Below are positions 51,588 to 62,420 of a stretch of DNA of 64,000 nt, piece after piece; position 1 is the stretch's first letter; the number at the start of each line of letters is the position of its first letter. The stretch is from positions 192,001 to 256,000 of the forward strand of contig CAWBMP010000002.1 in NCBI GenBank assembly GCA_963790025.1, read 5' to 3'. Source of the DNA: Nitrospirota bacterium. Its GTDB lineage: Bacteria > Nitrospirota > Thermodesulfovibrionia > Thermodesulfovibrionales > Dissulfurispiraceae. Under the pieces are notes generated by a model. The model was not told the origin of the DNA and did no database searches. It worked only from the letters and a program-made list of their open reading frames with translations. The translations under genes and the position numbers were made by a program.

Positions 51588-51610
51588 ATGACGATAGGAG
51601 GAGCAAAGCA

Positions 51611-52627
51611 TTGATAGTCGTAATGAAAATAGGGGCAACGGAAGCCGAGTTGAAGCAGGTCTGCAAAAAGGCCGAAGAGCTGGATTTTACAACTCACGTG
51701 ATCTATGGCAAGGAGAGGAATGTTGTCGGACTTATCGGCATCTCCGGCGACAGGGAAGGGGTCAGCATCATCGAAGAATTGCCCGGGGTAGATAAAATCG
51801 TCCCGATTTCAAAGCCGTACAAGCTCGCCAGTCGTGAGGTGAAACAAGAGACCTCCGTAGTCGACGTAGAGGGAGTGAAGTTCGGCAGCGAAGACTTCAT
51901 CATCATCGCCGGCCCCTGTTCGGTCGAAAGAGAAGACCAGATTATCAGCGCTGCTATAAGAGTGAAGGAAGCAGGCGCCCGTATGCTTAGGGGCGGCGCC
52001 TTCAAGCCCAGGACCAGTCCGTACTCGTTTAAAGGTTTGGGCGAAGACGGGTTGAAGCTCCTTGCCAAGGCCCGCGAGGCGACAGGACTGCCCATTGTGA
52101 CCGAGGTTGTCGATCCCAAAGACGTCGAAGTCGTCGATAAATATGCAGACATGTTCCAGGTTGGGGCCCGCAATATTCAAAACTTTGCGCTCCTGACCCT
52201 GCTGGGGCAGACACAAAAGCCTGTCCTGCTCAAGAGAGGACCGGCAACGACTATTGACGAGTTTCTCATGGCTGCCGAGTATATCCTCTCCGAAGGCAAC
52301 CGTGGGCTGGTGCTGTGCGAAAGGGGCATCAGAACTTTCGAAACCGCCACCAGAAATACCCTCGACATAAGCTGTGTGCCGGTAGTCAAGGCCAAATCGC
52401 ACCTGCCCATAATCATCGATCCCAGCCACGCGGCCGGCCAGTCCCGCTACGTCCCGGCCCTGTGCAAGGCAGCTGTCGCGGTTGGGGCTGACGGGCTTAT
52501 TGTCGAAGTACATCCTGATCCTGAAAAAGCCCTCTGCGACGGCGCTCAGTCGCTGAACCCGTCACAGTTTACGATCTTGATGAAAGAGCTCAAAGGTATA
52601 GCCATGGCCGTGGGAAAACGGATTTAA
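51611..52627 (+). CDS. aroF: DAHP synthase, type I-beta with N-terminal regulatory domain
   Basis: IAGPCSVE, GGAFKPRTSPYSF, LCERGIRTFE and DPSH. Confidence 0.95.
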   Translation: MIVVMKIGATEAELKQVCKKAEELDFTTHVIYGKERNVVGLIGISGDREGVSIIEELPGVDKIVPISKPYKLASREVKQETSVVDVEGVKFGSEDFIIIAGPCSVEREDQIISAAIRVKEAGARMLRGGAFKPRTSPYSFKGLGEDGLKLLAKAREATGLPIVTEVVDPKDVEVVDKYADMFQVGARNIQNFALLTLLGQTQKPVLLKRGPATTIDEFLMAAEYILSEGNRGLVLCERGIRTFETATRNTLDISCVPVVKAKSHLPIIIDPSHAAGQSRYVPALCKAAVAVGADGLIVEVHPDPEKALCDGAQSLNPSQFTILMKELKGIAMAVGKRI

Positions 52628-52637
52628 AGGAGGGAGT

Positions 52638-53795
52638 ATGAGTAACAGTATTAGAGCAATAACATTATTCTTCATCCTCGTTTCTCTTGCCATCACATGC
52701 AGGACCTCTTGCGCAAAAGAGCCCTACAGGATTGGTGCAGTTGTGGCTGCCACAGGCAGTGCGTCCTTTTTAGGTGAGCCTGAGAGGAATACGATCATTA
52801 TGCTGCAGGACCAGGTCAATAAATCGGGCGGGATCAACGGCCATCCTTTAGAGGTGATTATCGAGGACTCGAAAAGCGATGAGACGCAGGCTGTCCTTTC
52901 GGCAAAGAAACTTCTGGAAAAAGATAATGTCCTGGCTATATTGGGGCCATCGACCACCGGCGAGACGATGGCAATTATTCCGATTATGACAAAGGCTCAA
53001 ATTCCCCTTATTTCGGTTGCATCCGGGGCAGTCATTGTCCAACCCGTAGAAGAGAGATACTGGATATTCAAGACACCCCAGAACGATTCCAGCATGATAG
53101 AAACGATATACAGCTATATGAAAAAGCATGGCATATCCAGGGTGGGAATGCTGACGGTAACAACAAGCTTTGGCGATTCGGCCAGAAAGGCTCTTCATGA
53201 ACTGGCCTCCAGATACGGCATCACCATTGTCGCTGACGAGCGTTACGGGCCAAAAGATGCCGATATGACAACACAGCTTGTGAAGATAAAGACCTCAGGG
53301 GCCCAAGCAGTAATCAACATGTCGATCGGTCCCTCACAGGTAATAGTAACAAAAAACTGGCACGCCCTTAAAATGGGTATGCCTCTCTTTCAGAGTCATG
53401 GTTGGGGTAACAAGAAAAATATTGAGTTATCGGGGAAGGCAGCGGAAGGGGTAATGTCCCCATCGGGAAGGCTTATAGTATGGCATAAACTTGCAGACAA
53501 AAATCCCCAGAAAGCGCTTCTCAAAAAATATGCCCAGGACTATGAGGCAAGATTCAAAACCGAACCTGCCATGTTTGGAGGGCATGCATATGATGCCTTT
53601 ATGATGGCAGTAGAGGCACTTAGGAAAGTGGGACCTGACAAGAATAAGATCAGAGATTATATTGAAACCAAAATCGTTAATTGGCCCGGGACTGGCGGGG
53701 TCTTCAAAATGTCTCCAAGGGACCATTGCGGATTGGATAAGGAATCTATGGATATGATCATAGTCAGGAACGGGGATTGGGAAATACTTAAATAA
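52638..53795 (+). CDS. livK: Liv-type ABC substrate-binding protein (close paralog of 40562-41719)
   Basis: Shares long identical stretches with the first copy (EDSKSDETQAVLSAKKL, FGGHAYDA, DHCGLDK, NGDWEILK). Confidence 0.9.
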   Translation: MSNSIRAITLFFILVSLAITCRTSCAKEPYRIGAVVAATGSASFLGEPERNTIIMLQDQVNKSGGINGHPLEVIIEDSKSDETQAVLSAKKLLEKDNVLAILGPSTTGETMAIIPIMTKAQIPLISVASGAVIVQPVEERYWIFKTPQNDSSMIETIYSYMKKHGISRVGMLTVTTSFGDSARKALHELASRYGITIVADERYGPKDADMTTQLVKIKTSGAQAVINMSIGPSQVIVTKNWHALKMGMPLFQSHGWGNKKNIELSGKAAEGVMSPSGRLIVWHKLADKNPQKALLKKYAQDYEARFKTEPAMFGGHAYDAFMMAVEALRKVGPDKNKIRDYIETKIVNWPGTGGVFKMSPRDHCGLDKESMDMIIVRNGDWEILK

Positions 53796-53810
53796 AGGCA
53801 AAAGGCGCCT

Positions 53811-55118
53811 TTAGTATGTCCTTGTGTCGAAGACTCTCCTGGTTTTCTTTTCGGTCCGGGGCAGGCTGCCGTAAGGCAGGATCTCAACCGTGCCGGACAC
53901 CATAAGTTGGTGCTTCAATTTTTTTGAGATTATTTCGGCGAGACCTTCGTCGGCGCTATGATGGATATTCACATCCCTTTCCACCTTCAGCGTCATGTAG
54001 TCCCTGCCGTCTGAACAGTGTTCGAGATGGACCTGGTACTCGCTTCCGACTCCCTTGACGCCCGAAAATACCTCGTCTATCTGCCCCGGGTAAACATTTA
54101 CGCCCCTGAAGATGAACATGTCATCAGACCTCCCAAGTATTTTGTCATGCCGCGGCAGGAGGCAGCCGCAGGGGCAGTCGTCCGGGACAAGCCTCGTCAG
54201 GTCCCTTGAACGGTAGCGGATGAGGGGGGAGCCTTCTTTGCAAAGAGTGGTAAAGACCATCTCACCGATCTCGCCCGGTCCGACGGGTTTCAAAGTCTCC
54301 GGGTTCAGGATTTCGAGGATGTAGAAGTCGGCCCAGTAATGGATGCCGTCATTGTATTTACAGCTCAGGCCGGTACCTGGGCCGTACAGCTCGGTCAGAC
54401 CGGTAATGTCGTAGACCTCTTCTATTTTGAGGAGTTCCTTTATCTTCTTTATCATGGCGCTGCTGGTCCGCTCGGCGCCGAGTATGATCTTTTTGAGATT
54501 GATCTTGTCCCGCAGGTTCCGGCGATGGACCTCCTCTGCCAACAGCAATGCCATGGAAGCTGTAGAACATACAACTGTAGTCTGCATATCGACCATAAAG
54601 GTACACTGCAGCTCCATATTGCCGGGACCTATAGGTATGGTAAGTGCCCCAAACTTCTCGCAGCCGAGCTGGAACCCGGCGCCTGCTGTCCACAACCCAT
54701 AGCCCACGCATATCTGCACCCTGTCTTCGCGGGTCACACCCGCCAATTCGTAACACCTCCCGAACATATATGCCCAATCGTCTATGTCCTTCTGCGTATA
54801 GGAGAGGATTTTCCTTTTACCGGTCGTTCCGGAAGAGGAATGCAACCTGACGATTTCGGTGAAATCAACCGCCCTCAGAGGAAACGGGTATTCGTTCCTC
54901 AGGTCTTCGGCTGTAGTGAAGGGCAACCTCTCAATGTCCTCAATCTGCTCAATATCTTCAGGCCTCACGCCTGCCGAATCAAGACGTCCCCTATAAAATT
55001 CCGAGCGGTGATAGGCGTGTGATACAGTCCATTGCAGGCCTTTCAACTGGTGCGTCTTTAAACCTTCCGGCATCCCTGCCCTGGGCGGGAACCTCTTGAG
55101 TGTAGATCCGTTATTCAT
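53811..55118 (-). CDS. paaK: Phenylacetate-CoA ligase family protein (paralog 4)
   Basis: HSSSGTTGKRK, GLTELYGPG and GRSDDMFIFRGVN. Confidence 0.92.
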   Translation of the reverse strand: MNNGSTLKRFPPRAGMPEGLKTHQLKGLQWTVSHAYHRSEFYRGRLDSAGVRPEDIEQIEDIERLPFTTAEDLRNEYPFPLRAVDFTEIVRLHSSSGTTGKRKILSYTQKDIDDWAYMFGRCYELAGVTREDRVQICVGYGLWTAGAGFQLGCEKFGALTIPIGPGNMELQCTFMVDMQTTVVCSTASMALLLAEEVHRRNLRDKINLKKIILGAERTSSAMIKKIKELLKIEEVYDITGLTELYGPGTGLSCKYNDGIHYWADFYILEILNPETLKPVGPGEIGEMVFTTLCKEGSPLIRYRSRDLTRLVPDDCPCGCLLPRHDKILGRSDDMFIFRGVNVYPGQIDEVFSGVKGVGSEYQVHLEHCSDGRDYMTLKVERDVNIHHSADEGLAEIISKKLKHQLMVSGTVEILPYGSLPRTEKKTRRVFDTRTY

Positions 55119-55687
55119 ATATTCACCTTTTCGCCGCGAAGCACACCGAGGTCAAATGCCGACATGGATGCCTTCAGGAGTTTGTCACGGTCAGCAAGTT
55201 TTTGATGGAGTATTGCCCTGATATCTTCAGGGTCGCAGAAGGCTTGCTTGCCGGTCCTGCCGAGGGCCGAGAGTGCGAAGCCTATAAGAATGAGGTTCAC
55301 AGACCCCGGCTGATGAACTTCCTTTGCCAATGCGTCAGCATCTATACAGAGCACTTTCCCGTTCCCGGTCCCCTCGGGTCGTGAAAGTGCATTAACAACG
55401 ACAACCCCACTTGGATTAAGGTAAAAAAGATGGCTCCGCAGGTTTTCCTCTTTCAGCAGCAGGAGGACATCGGCCTTGGCCGGCCTGATCAGGGGGCTTG
55501 TAAATCCGCCAACTTTCAGGTGTGAAACAACGATACCTCCACGTTGAGCCATACCGTGGGTTTCTGCGGTCAAAACGGGATATCCCCTGTAAATGGCGGC
55601 CCCGGCCAGGACACGTGTGATGAACAAGATGCCTTGCCCGCCAACCCCACTAACTATGATCTGCTGTCGTTCAGAAGGGGCGTTCAC
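55115..55687 (-). CDS. iorB: Indolepyruvate:ferredoxin oxidoreductase beta subunit (copy 2)
   Basis: SGVGGQG and ETHGMAQRGG.V.SH. The GTG start overlaps the iorA stop. Confidence 0.9.
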   Translation of the reverse strand: MNAPSERQQIIVSGVGGQGILFITRVLAGAAIYRGYPVLTAETHGMAQRGGIVVSHLKVGGFTSPLIRPAKADVLLLLKEENLRSHLFYLNPSGVVVVNALSRPEGTGNGKVLCIDADALAKEVHQPGSVNLILIGFALSALGRTGKQAFCDPEDIRAILHQKLADRDKLLKASMSAFDLGVLRGEKVNI

Positions 55688-57501
55688 TCCATCTCCACCT
55701 TTTTGATCGCCTTTCTGGGACAGACATGGATACATATCCCGCAGCCGCTGCACACGAGTTGATTGATCCTCGCCTGCTTGCCGCTTTCATCATATTCGAT
55801 GGCAGGGCATTCGAATTGTTTTATGCAATAAGAGCAGCCATCGCATGATGAAGATATGTCGACATCGATGCGCTCACTCTTCGCTTCTTTCGCCCGTTTA
55901 TCCACGAGGCATGGATGACGTGAAATCACCACTGCCAGGCCTTTGTCCTTTGCGTATCTGCGCGCCGACCTGAGGAGCCTTGTAAACGCTGACATATTGT
56001 AAGGATCTCCCACACGGCAGAACTTGACGCCGCAGCTCTTGACGATCCCCTCTATCGAAATCTTCACAAGCGGATTGCCGCAGGCGTCTATTCCCGTTGC
56101 GGGGGTAGGCTGATTACCGGTCATAGCGGTTGTGGAGTTGTCAAGCACCACCAGGACAAATCGTGCGTCCTGCACAACCGCGTCCATGAGCGCCGGGACC
56201 CCGGCATGGAAAAATGTGGCGTCACCGATAGTGGCTACAATATCCGTGTCCTTGCCGCCTAATCTGAATGCTTGATAAAAACCCGCTGCCTGGCTGATCG
56301 AGGCGCCCATGCAGAGCGCGGTGTCTATAGCACCCAGGTTCAGACCAAGTGTGTAACAGCCTATGTCACTCGTGTAAATGGCGCCGGGGACTGCCTTTTT
56401 GATCGCAAAGAAACTCGCACGGTGCGGGCATCCTGCGCAGAGGCTGGGTCGCCTGCCGCCCTCAGAGGTGCTCTTTAACTCAGTTTTTGCAACGGAGCAG
56501 AAAATCGATATGGTCCCTTCGATGATTTCCGGCAACAACTCACCGGACCCCGGAATGAAGCCGTTTAAACGGCCCCTTACCTTATTCCTGTCCGCTATCT
56601 GCATTTCCATAACAGGTGCGCTTTCTTCGATCACCAGAATATCTTCGTACCTGTCCAGGACATCTTTTATAAACCCGGAATGCAGAGGGAACGGCTGTAG
56701 GACCTGATAGACGGCAACCTTATTCAAGATACCAAGATCGGACATAATCTCCTGCACATGGGCAGCCGCAACGCCAGAGGTTACGATGGCCTTTGAAGAG
56801 ACAATGCCTGGATTTAGAAGACGCGGTTTGGTAAGATCGTGGGCAGCCAGCGCCGCCAGTTTTTCATTCAGCTTGGTGTGGAGTATGTAGCGATACCTTG
56901 GGGTTGCAGCCCATCTGGCAGGGTCTTTTTTAAAGGCCGCAGTACGATCAGTAAGCTTCACCTCTTCAAGCTCAATATCCTGCCCGCCATGGCAGACTCT
57001 TGTGGTCGGCCTTAGCATCACAGGCACCTCGAATTCCTCTGAAAGTTCATAGGCAAGACCCACAAACTCCTTTGCCTGCTCCGGTCCGGCAGGGTCCAGG
57101 ACAGGCACTTTGGCAAACATTGCCATCAATCGGCTGTCCTGTTCCGTCTGCGAGGAGTGCGGCCCCGGGTCGTCAGCACTGATGACAATGAAACCGCCCT
57201 TTGCGCCCATGTAGGCGGCACTCATAAGCGGGTCGGAAGCAACATTGAGACCCACCTGCTTCATACTTACTGCAGTGCGAAGCCCGGCGATGCTGCCGGC
57301 ATAGGCTATCTCAAACGCAATCTTTTCGTTTACAGCCCATTGGGCATGAATAGGCAAGGAGAGTTCAGCTTTCCATTTGACAATTGCCGGGAGGATCTCC
57401 GAGGCCGGGGTGCCCGGGTAGGAAAGGGCCATGGAACAGCCGTTTTCCACAAGTCCTCGAGCTATGGCCTCATTGCCGATCATTAGAATGCGATTATTCA
57501 C
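55684..57501 (-). CDS. iorA: Indolepyruvate:ferredoxin oxidoreductase alpha subunit (copy 2) with C-terminal 2x[4Fe-4S] domain
   Basis: GNEAIARG, CAGCPHR, DIGCY, CDGCSYC...CP and CSGCGICIHVCP. Confidence 0.93.
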   Translation of the reverse strand: MNNRILMIGNEAIARGLVENGCSMALSYPGTPASEILPAIVKWKAELSLPIHAQWAVNEKIAFEIAYAGSIAGLRTAVSMKQVGLNVASDPLMSAAYMGAKGGFIVISADDPGPHSSQTEQDSRLMAMFAKVPVLDPAGPEQAKEFVGLAYELSEEFEVPVMLRPTTRVCHGGQDIELEEVKLTDRTAAFKKDPARWAATPRYRYILHTKLNEKLAALAAHDLTKPRLLNPGIVSSKAIVTSGVAAAHVQEIMSDLGILNKVAVYQVLQPFPLHSGFIKDVLDRYEDILVIEESAPVMEMQIADRNKVRGRLNGFIPGSGELLPEIIEGTISIFCSVAKTELKSTSEGGRRPSLCAGCPHRASFFAIKKAVPGAIYTSDIGCYTLGLNLGAIDTALCMGASISQAAGFYQAFRLGGKDTDIVATIGDATFFHAGVPALMDAVVQDARFVLVVLDNSTTAMTGNQPTPATGIDACGNPLVKISIEGIVKSCGVKFCRVGDPYNMSAFTRLLRSARRYAKDKGLAVVISRHPCLVDKRAKEAKSERIDVDISSSCDGCSYCIKQFECPAIEYDESGKQARINQLVCSGCGICIHVCPRKAIKKVEME

Positions 57502-57724
57502 TGACTGTCTCTTCTCAGTTCAAAATTTTGACTACGATGCAATAAATATACTAAGTCTCACTGCAAAGGTATGTCAACCCAAAGCATCAGAGTGTAAGAG
57601 TAAAAACTCCAATGCACTACATTATAAGACTTTGTTTTACTTACTTACCTTTTGGCTTTGAAACTTTGATACTCTGACACTTTGATACTCCTTGAGCGCC
57701 TTGAATTACATATGCAGATGATGT

Positions 57725-57791
57725 AACCTAAATTATTAGTCAGACCGGCCGATAAATAATGATACAACCTAAATTATTAGTCAGTCCGGCC
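57725..57791 (+). repeat. 26-bp direct repeat, two copies 41 bp apart
   Basis: AACCTAAATTATTAGTCAG(A/T)CCGGCC at 57725-57750 and 57766-57791. Confidence 0.9.
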
Positions 57792-57815
57792 TATAACTAA
57801 GGAGGTTAATCGATC

Positions 57816-59033
57816 ATGAAAAAGAGGTTTTTGTTCTTTCTGCTCATATGTCTGTTCATAATTGCGCTTACATCGGGATGCGCAACTAAACAGGTTGCGA
57901 AATGCAACTCTCCCGAAGACAATCCCCAGCACCATTATCTCATGGGCATGGAGGCGCTGGAGAAAGGTGATCTTGATGCCGCCCAGGCCAAGTTTGATAG
58001 GGCCTTATACTGCGAAGATAATTTTTCTCCTGCTTACAGCGGACTGGCAATTGTGGCAGCCGGGAAGGCAAAAATCCAGCACGATGCCGGTTTTGGCAAG
58101 GTGGAAACTGACAGGGCGCTGGACTATCTAAAAAAGGCGGATAAGTTTTCAGAGACGCCGGAGGACAGGTTCGATTATCTGACCGCAACCATCAGAGTTT
58201 ATACGGCCATCAAGACAGAACAGTGGCTTAAAAAATCTACAGAAGCCTTTGACGACATAAAAGACCTTAAGGTCGATGAAAGAAAACTGACCTATTATCA
58301 GGGCACCGAGGCTGCTATCTACTTCATGGGTGCTGCCTATGTTAAAGCTCTCGAATTTCAGCAGGCACGGGACAAGTTTGCAGAGGTCCTGAATGCAAAG
58401 AAAGAGGGAAAATGGCATGAAAAGGCAGACAAGTTATGGAAGAAAACAGACAAGATCCTTCGTGCGATGGCGGGTATTACTGTTGGCAATATTGGCAGGA
58501 AAATAGCCATAAAAGATAGCATCACCCGAGGAGATCTTGCTGCCCTTCTTGTCGACGAGTTAAATATCGATCAACTCTCTGCCGGGCGCATTCCAGCGCA
58601 GTCCCAGACAGATAAAATCAAAGCCGAATTCATTCCTGCAGATGTCCTCAACTATCATTTCAAAGACGAAGTGCTTAACATTTTGAAATGGAAGATCAGG
58701 GGCCTCGAGCCGAAGTATGATGAAACAACCCAGGCATATCTCTTTAAACCGGCAGATAAGGTAAAGCGCGGTGAAATGGCCCTTATAATGGAAGATGTGC
58801 TGATCAAGCTCACAGGCAACGAGAAGCTTGCCACGGCTTATTTCGGACAGGAGAGGTCTCCGTTTCCTGATGTAAAACCGACTTCGGCTTTTTACAACGC
58901 AGTAATGAACATGACAACACGGAACATCATGGAAGGCGAACTCTCCGGTGAATTCAGGGTAGATGATCCTGTTGATGGGGCCGATGCGCTGCTTGCAATA
59001 AGGGTGTTAAAGACGAAAATGAATACGTATTAA
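57816..59033 (+). CDS. Lipoprotein with TPR-like N-terminus and SLH-like C-terminal motifs
   Basis: Lipobox TSGC and helical repeats. ITRGDLAALL, FKPADKVKRGEMA and SPFPDV are SLH-like. Confidence 0.75.
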   Translation: MKKRFLFFLLICLFIIALTSGCATKQVAKCNSPEDNPQHHYLMGMEALEKGDLDAAQAKFDRALYCEDNFSPAYSGLAIVAAGKAKIQHDAGFGKVETDRALDYLKKADKFSETPEDRFDYLTATIRVYTAIKTEQWLKKSTEAFDDIKDLKVDERKLTYYQGTEAAIYFMGAAYVKALEFQQARDKFAEVLNAKKEGKWHEKADKLWKKTDKILRAMAGITVGNIGRKIAIKDSITRGDLAALLVDELNIDQLSAGRIPAQSQTDKIKAEFIPADVLNYHFKDEVLNILKWKIRGLEPKYDETTQAYLFKPADKVKRGEMALIMEDVLIKLTGNEKLATAYFGQERSPFPDVKPTSAFYNAVMNMTTRNIMEGELSGEFRVDDPVDGADALLAIRVLKTKMNTY

Positions 59034-59106
59034 AAACCGAGAGCTCAACACACAACTCATAGGTGGTTTGAGTGCTCGGCAGCACGATATTTGAAGGAGG
59101 GCTTTC

Positions 59107-60045
59107 ATGAAAAGAACGATAATTTTAACATTGCTTTTGCTTTTCTCAATTGCCGGCGTTGTTTTTGCGCAGCAAGATGACATGTCGTCTCAGCAAGAGA
59201 AGTCTGCCATTTACCAGAGATTCGAGGCCGCCAATAAATGGCTGAACCTGAACAATCTTTCAGTAACAAATACTCAGCAGCAGGCTTTTATCAACGACTA
59301 CGTCCTTGTCGCAGGAGAAGGACTCCCGTCTCCTGCTTCGCAATCACCTGCCCAGAGAAGACTGACCGCAATAAGGGCCGCAACAATTGTTGCGTACCGG
59401 CAGTTGGCAGAATTCCTGGACGGTTTTTCCGTCGTGGGTGACACAATGGTCAGAGACGCTGCACTTCAGTATGACGTGATAAGGTCCGCGGTCTCCGGAT
59501 TTGTAAAAGGTGCGCAGGTTGTTTATGAGGAATACAATGATCAGGAAGGAGTAGCAATTGTTCTTGTCAAAATAGGCATGACAGGGCCGCAGGGCTTTGG
59601 GGAAAGAATGTACGATAAGCTTTTGGGAAATGCTGATATCAAAAATGCTGTTGTTCATCCTTCGCAGATACCTGCGTATAAACATAAACCCGTGCCTCTG
59701 GATGAGAAATACGATGGTCTGGTCATTGACGCTACCGAACAGAATTTCAGGCCTGCCTTAATCAACAGAATATTTACGGTAAAAGGCGACATTATCTACG
59801 ACCCGTCGAAAGTAAGCCAGAAGGTGCTTGTTGAACAGGGATGCGGAGAGTACACAAACAGTGTCGATAAGGCTAAGGCTGCCCTCGCCTCGAGAGGGGT
59901 CAAGAACCCCTTGCTGGTAAAGGCAGTAGGCACTGTGTCTGCATCCGACCTCCAGGTCTCCGATGATGATGCGGTAACGATATACTCTGCAAACCAGAAA
60001 GGTGGCTTTTTCGCCGCTGCAAAGGTGGCTTTTGTTCTTAAATAA
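59107..60045 (+). CDS. Exported LPP20/FlgP-like domain protein
   Basis: Signal peptide, AQRRLTAIRAA..VAYRQLAE...G and V.GFVKGA; C-terminal YDGLVIDA...PAL..RI. Confidence 0.65.
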   Translation: MKRTIILTLLLLFSIAGVVFAQQDDMSSQQEKSAIYQRFEAANKWLNLNNLSVTNTQQQAFINDYVLVAGEGLPSPASQSPAQRRLTAIRAATIVAYRQLAEFLDGFSVVGDTMVRDAALQYDVIRSAVSGFVKGAQVVYEEYNDQEGVAIVLVKIGMTGPQGFGERMYDKLLGNADIKNAVVHPSQIPAYKHKPVPLDEKYDGLVIDATEQNFRPALINRIFTVKGDIIYDPSKVSQKVLVEQGCGEYTNSVDKAKAALASRGVKNPLLVKAVGTVSASDLQVSDDDAVTIYSANQKGGFFAAAKVAFVLK

Positions 60046-60109
60046 ACAAAGGCGACGGGTTCCATACCCTATAACTTATAGCCTGCGTTATTGCAAGGAG
60101 ATTAAGGGA

Positions 60110-62395
60110 ATGCTTACCCGAAAATGGTTATATCCGTTATTTCCGATTTTGCTGATGGTCGCCTCCTGTGCAGGAACACAGGAGGCAATAAAAGAGACGC
60201 CTGAGGCAACCATCTCCGAAAATGAATTGCCCCGGACAGTCGCGATCATGCCCTTCCAGAATGATACAAAAGAAATCGGCTTGGCCAATCAGTTGAGGAG
60301 GGCCTTTGCCAACCATCTGAGCGCAAAAAACTACATAGACATGAAACTCCCGTTGGTTGACGAGAGAATTGTGCAACTTGAGAAATCAACGGGTAAAAAT
60401 ATCTTTGACCTGAAACCTCAGGAAATTTGCGAATCTGTGGGATGTGACGGATTGGTCTACGGGAAAATGACTGATTACACTAAAGTAGACGTGGGTGTTT
60501 ATTCGCAGATTGGCGCGGAAGCTGAAGTTTGGATGATCAACACCAGAACGGGTAAAGAGGTCTTCAGGCTGAAAGATAACGTGCGTTATCATGAGGGGGG
60601 TGTGCCGCTATCTCCCATAGGGGCGATTTTTACCGTAATTTCCACTGCAATGAATGTGAGAGATATCCAGCACGTGAGAATGATCAACGAACTCGGCTAC
60701 AAACTGGCCGGGAAGGTCCCATCTCCATCCAAGATGGCTGCTGAGAACAGGCCTGCAATAAAAGAAGTGCTTACCAATGCAAAAGAGGGGCCTTTCGGCA
60801 AAGGCAAGCTCATAAAGGTCGGACTTGAAGGTAAGTCCGGGCTGGTTGCAACTTTTGATATAGGCAATTTTAAACGGGGAATCCTGATGAAAGAGACAAA
60901 ACCAGGCATTTACCTCGGTGAATATCTGGTGCTTCCCGGAGATAACGCTGCGGATATGACTTTAATTGCGTCTTTAAAAAGACCCGGAGGTTATGAGAGC
61001 GAGTGGGTCGATATTAGCGGCTTTGTGACAATCGATACCATACCGCCTCCTCAGGTTAAGGGTCTCAGGGCCAAAGGATTCCAGGACCGGATAGATATTT
61101 CCTGGGATGAGTTGAAGGGCGTTCCTGATTTAAAGGAATATAAGGTGTTGAGAAGCGAGCAGCCTTTGAGCGGGTATGGAGTAATATCTGTTACCGAGCA
61201 AGCGTCCTGCGAGGACAAAACAGCAAAACCGGGAACAGTTTATCATTATAGAGTAACTGCCGTGGATTTCGCCGGTAATGAATCGGAATTGCAGGATGCC
61301 GCAACTGCATCTCTCGCATCAAAAGAAGCTGTCGTTCTTTCCGGAGAACTCAAGAAGGACGCCACACTTTCCGGCACATATGTTATAAAGGGGGATTTTC
61401 TGGTACCAAAGGGACTACAGCTCACCCTGGAGCCCGAGACCCTGATTATGTTTGACGAGGGCTCTTCACTTGTAATTCGGGGAAAATTGCAATGTGACGA
61501 CAAGGGACCGCCTGTAGACTTTGTACCGTCAGGAGATAAAAAATGGAAAGGGCTGATCATCGAGGGGGGGAGTGCGGTAATGCGCGGGTTCCATCTGAAA
61601 GGCGCCGCTTCGGCAATTCTGGTCACGGAGAGCGAAGGGAGTATTGAAAACGGAGTCATTGCAGATTGCGACTCGGGGATATCCATATCCGGGACACCAT
61701 CCGTTGCCGTAAAAAACTGTACCATATCCGGGAACATAACAGGCATCGAACTGCAGAGAACAGATGCGATAATTATGAAAAACGCCATTTTCCAGAATAA
61801 AGACGGCATTATCGCAATAGGTTTTTCAGGGGAGATTGCCGATAACAATATTTTCGACAATGAAAAAAATATCTCTTCAACATCCGACATTAAGATCGCT
61901 GCGAACTATCTGGGCTCAGTCAATATAGACGAAATGAAAATAAGCGGTGTAATTGTGACAAGGGTATATGACGGCAAAGTGCCGGATGGCAAAATAGTAG
62001 ATGCTATATCCAACCCTTATACGGCTCTGAACAGGGAGGAACGCGAGAAGAAGGCAATCGGATATGTAATTGAGGCCGGCAATTATTTCAGGCAGAGCAA
62101 TTACGGCAAGGCATCCACGCTTTTTGAGGAGGCGCTTAAGGCCCTTCCGACCGCTGAAGTCTACTATTACCTTGCGCTCAGCTATAAGAATATGAAAGAA
62201 GATGACAAGGCAATGCTGTTTTTGAAAGAGGGCGTTGAAAAATTCCCTAAAGACAGCAGTCTCCTGAAAAACCTGGGTCTAATGTACTACGAAAAAGGCG
62301 ACGAGAAGGAGGCACGGAAGACGTTTGATGAAGTTCTCCGGCTGAGCCCCGAAGACAAGCAGGCCAGGTTCTTGCTTGAGAGGATGGGGAAATAG
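60110..62395 (+). CDS. Multidomain lipoprotein: DUF799/GNA1162-like, FN3, right-handed beta-helix, TPR
   Basis: Lipobox VASC, RTVAIMPF.N, IDTIPP...YHYRVTAVD.AGNES, N..GI repeats and C-terminal TPRs. Confidence 0.75.
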   Translation: MLTRKWLYPLFPILLMVASCAGTQEAIKETPEATISENELPRTVAIMPFQNDTKEIGLANQLRRAFANHLSAKNYIDMKLPLVDERIVQLEKSTGKNIFDLKPQEICESVGCDGLVYGKMTDYTKVDVGVYSQIGAEAEVWMINTRTGKEVFRLKDNVRYHEGGVPLSPIGAIFTVISTAMNVRDIQHVRMINELGYKLAGKVPSPSKMAAENRPAIKEVLTNAKEGPFGKGKLIKVGLEGKSGLVATFDIGNFKRGILMKETKPGIYLGEYLVLPGDNAADMTLIASLKRPGGYESEWVDISGFVTIDTIPPPQVKGLRAKGFQDRIDISWDELKGVPDLKEYKVLRSEQPLSGYGVISVTEQASCEDKTAKPGTVYHYRVTAVDFAGNESELQDAATASLASKEAVVLSGELKKDATLSGTYVIKGDFLVPKGLQLTLEPETLIMFDEGSSLVIRGKLQCDDKGPPVDFVPSGDKKWKGLIIEGGSAVMRGFHLKGAASAILVTESEGSIENGVIADCDSGISISGTPSVAVKNCTISGNITGIELQRTDAIIMKNAIFQNKDGIIAIGFSGEIADNNIFDNEKNISSTSDIKIAANYLGSVNIDEMKISGVIVTRVYDGKVPDGKIVDAISNPYTALNREEREKKAIGYVIEAGNYFRQSNYGKASTLFEEALKALPTAEVYYYLALSYKNMKEDDKAMLFLKEGVEKFPKDSSLLKNLGLMYYEKGDEKEARKTFDEVLRLSPEDKQARFLLERMGK

Positions 62396-62420
62396 GCAAA
62401 AGGCAAAAGGCTAAAGGCTA

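Noticed and set aside
57725..57791. Mini-CRISPR array
   Set aside because: Only two repeats with a 15-bp spacer and no cas genes in the window.
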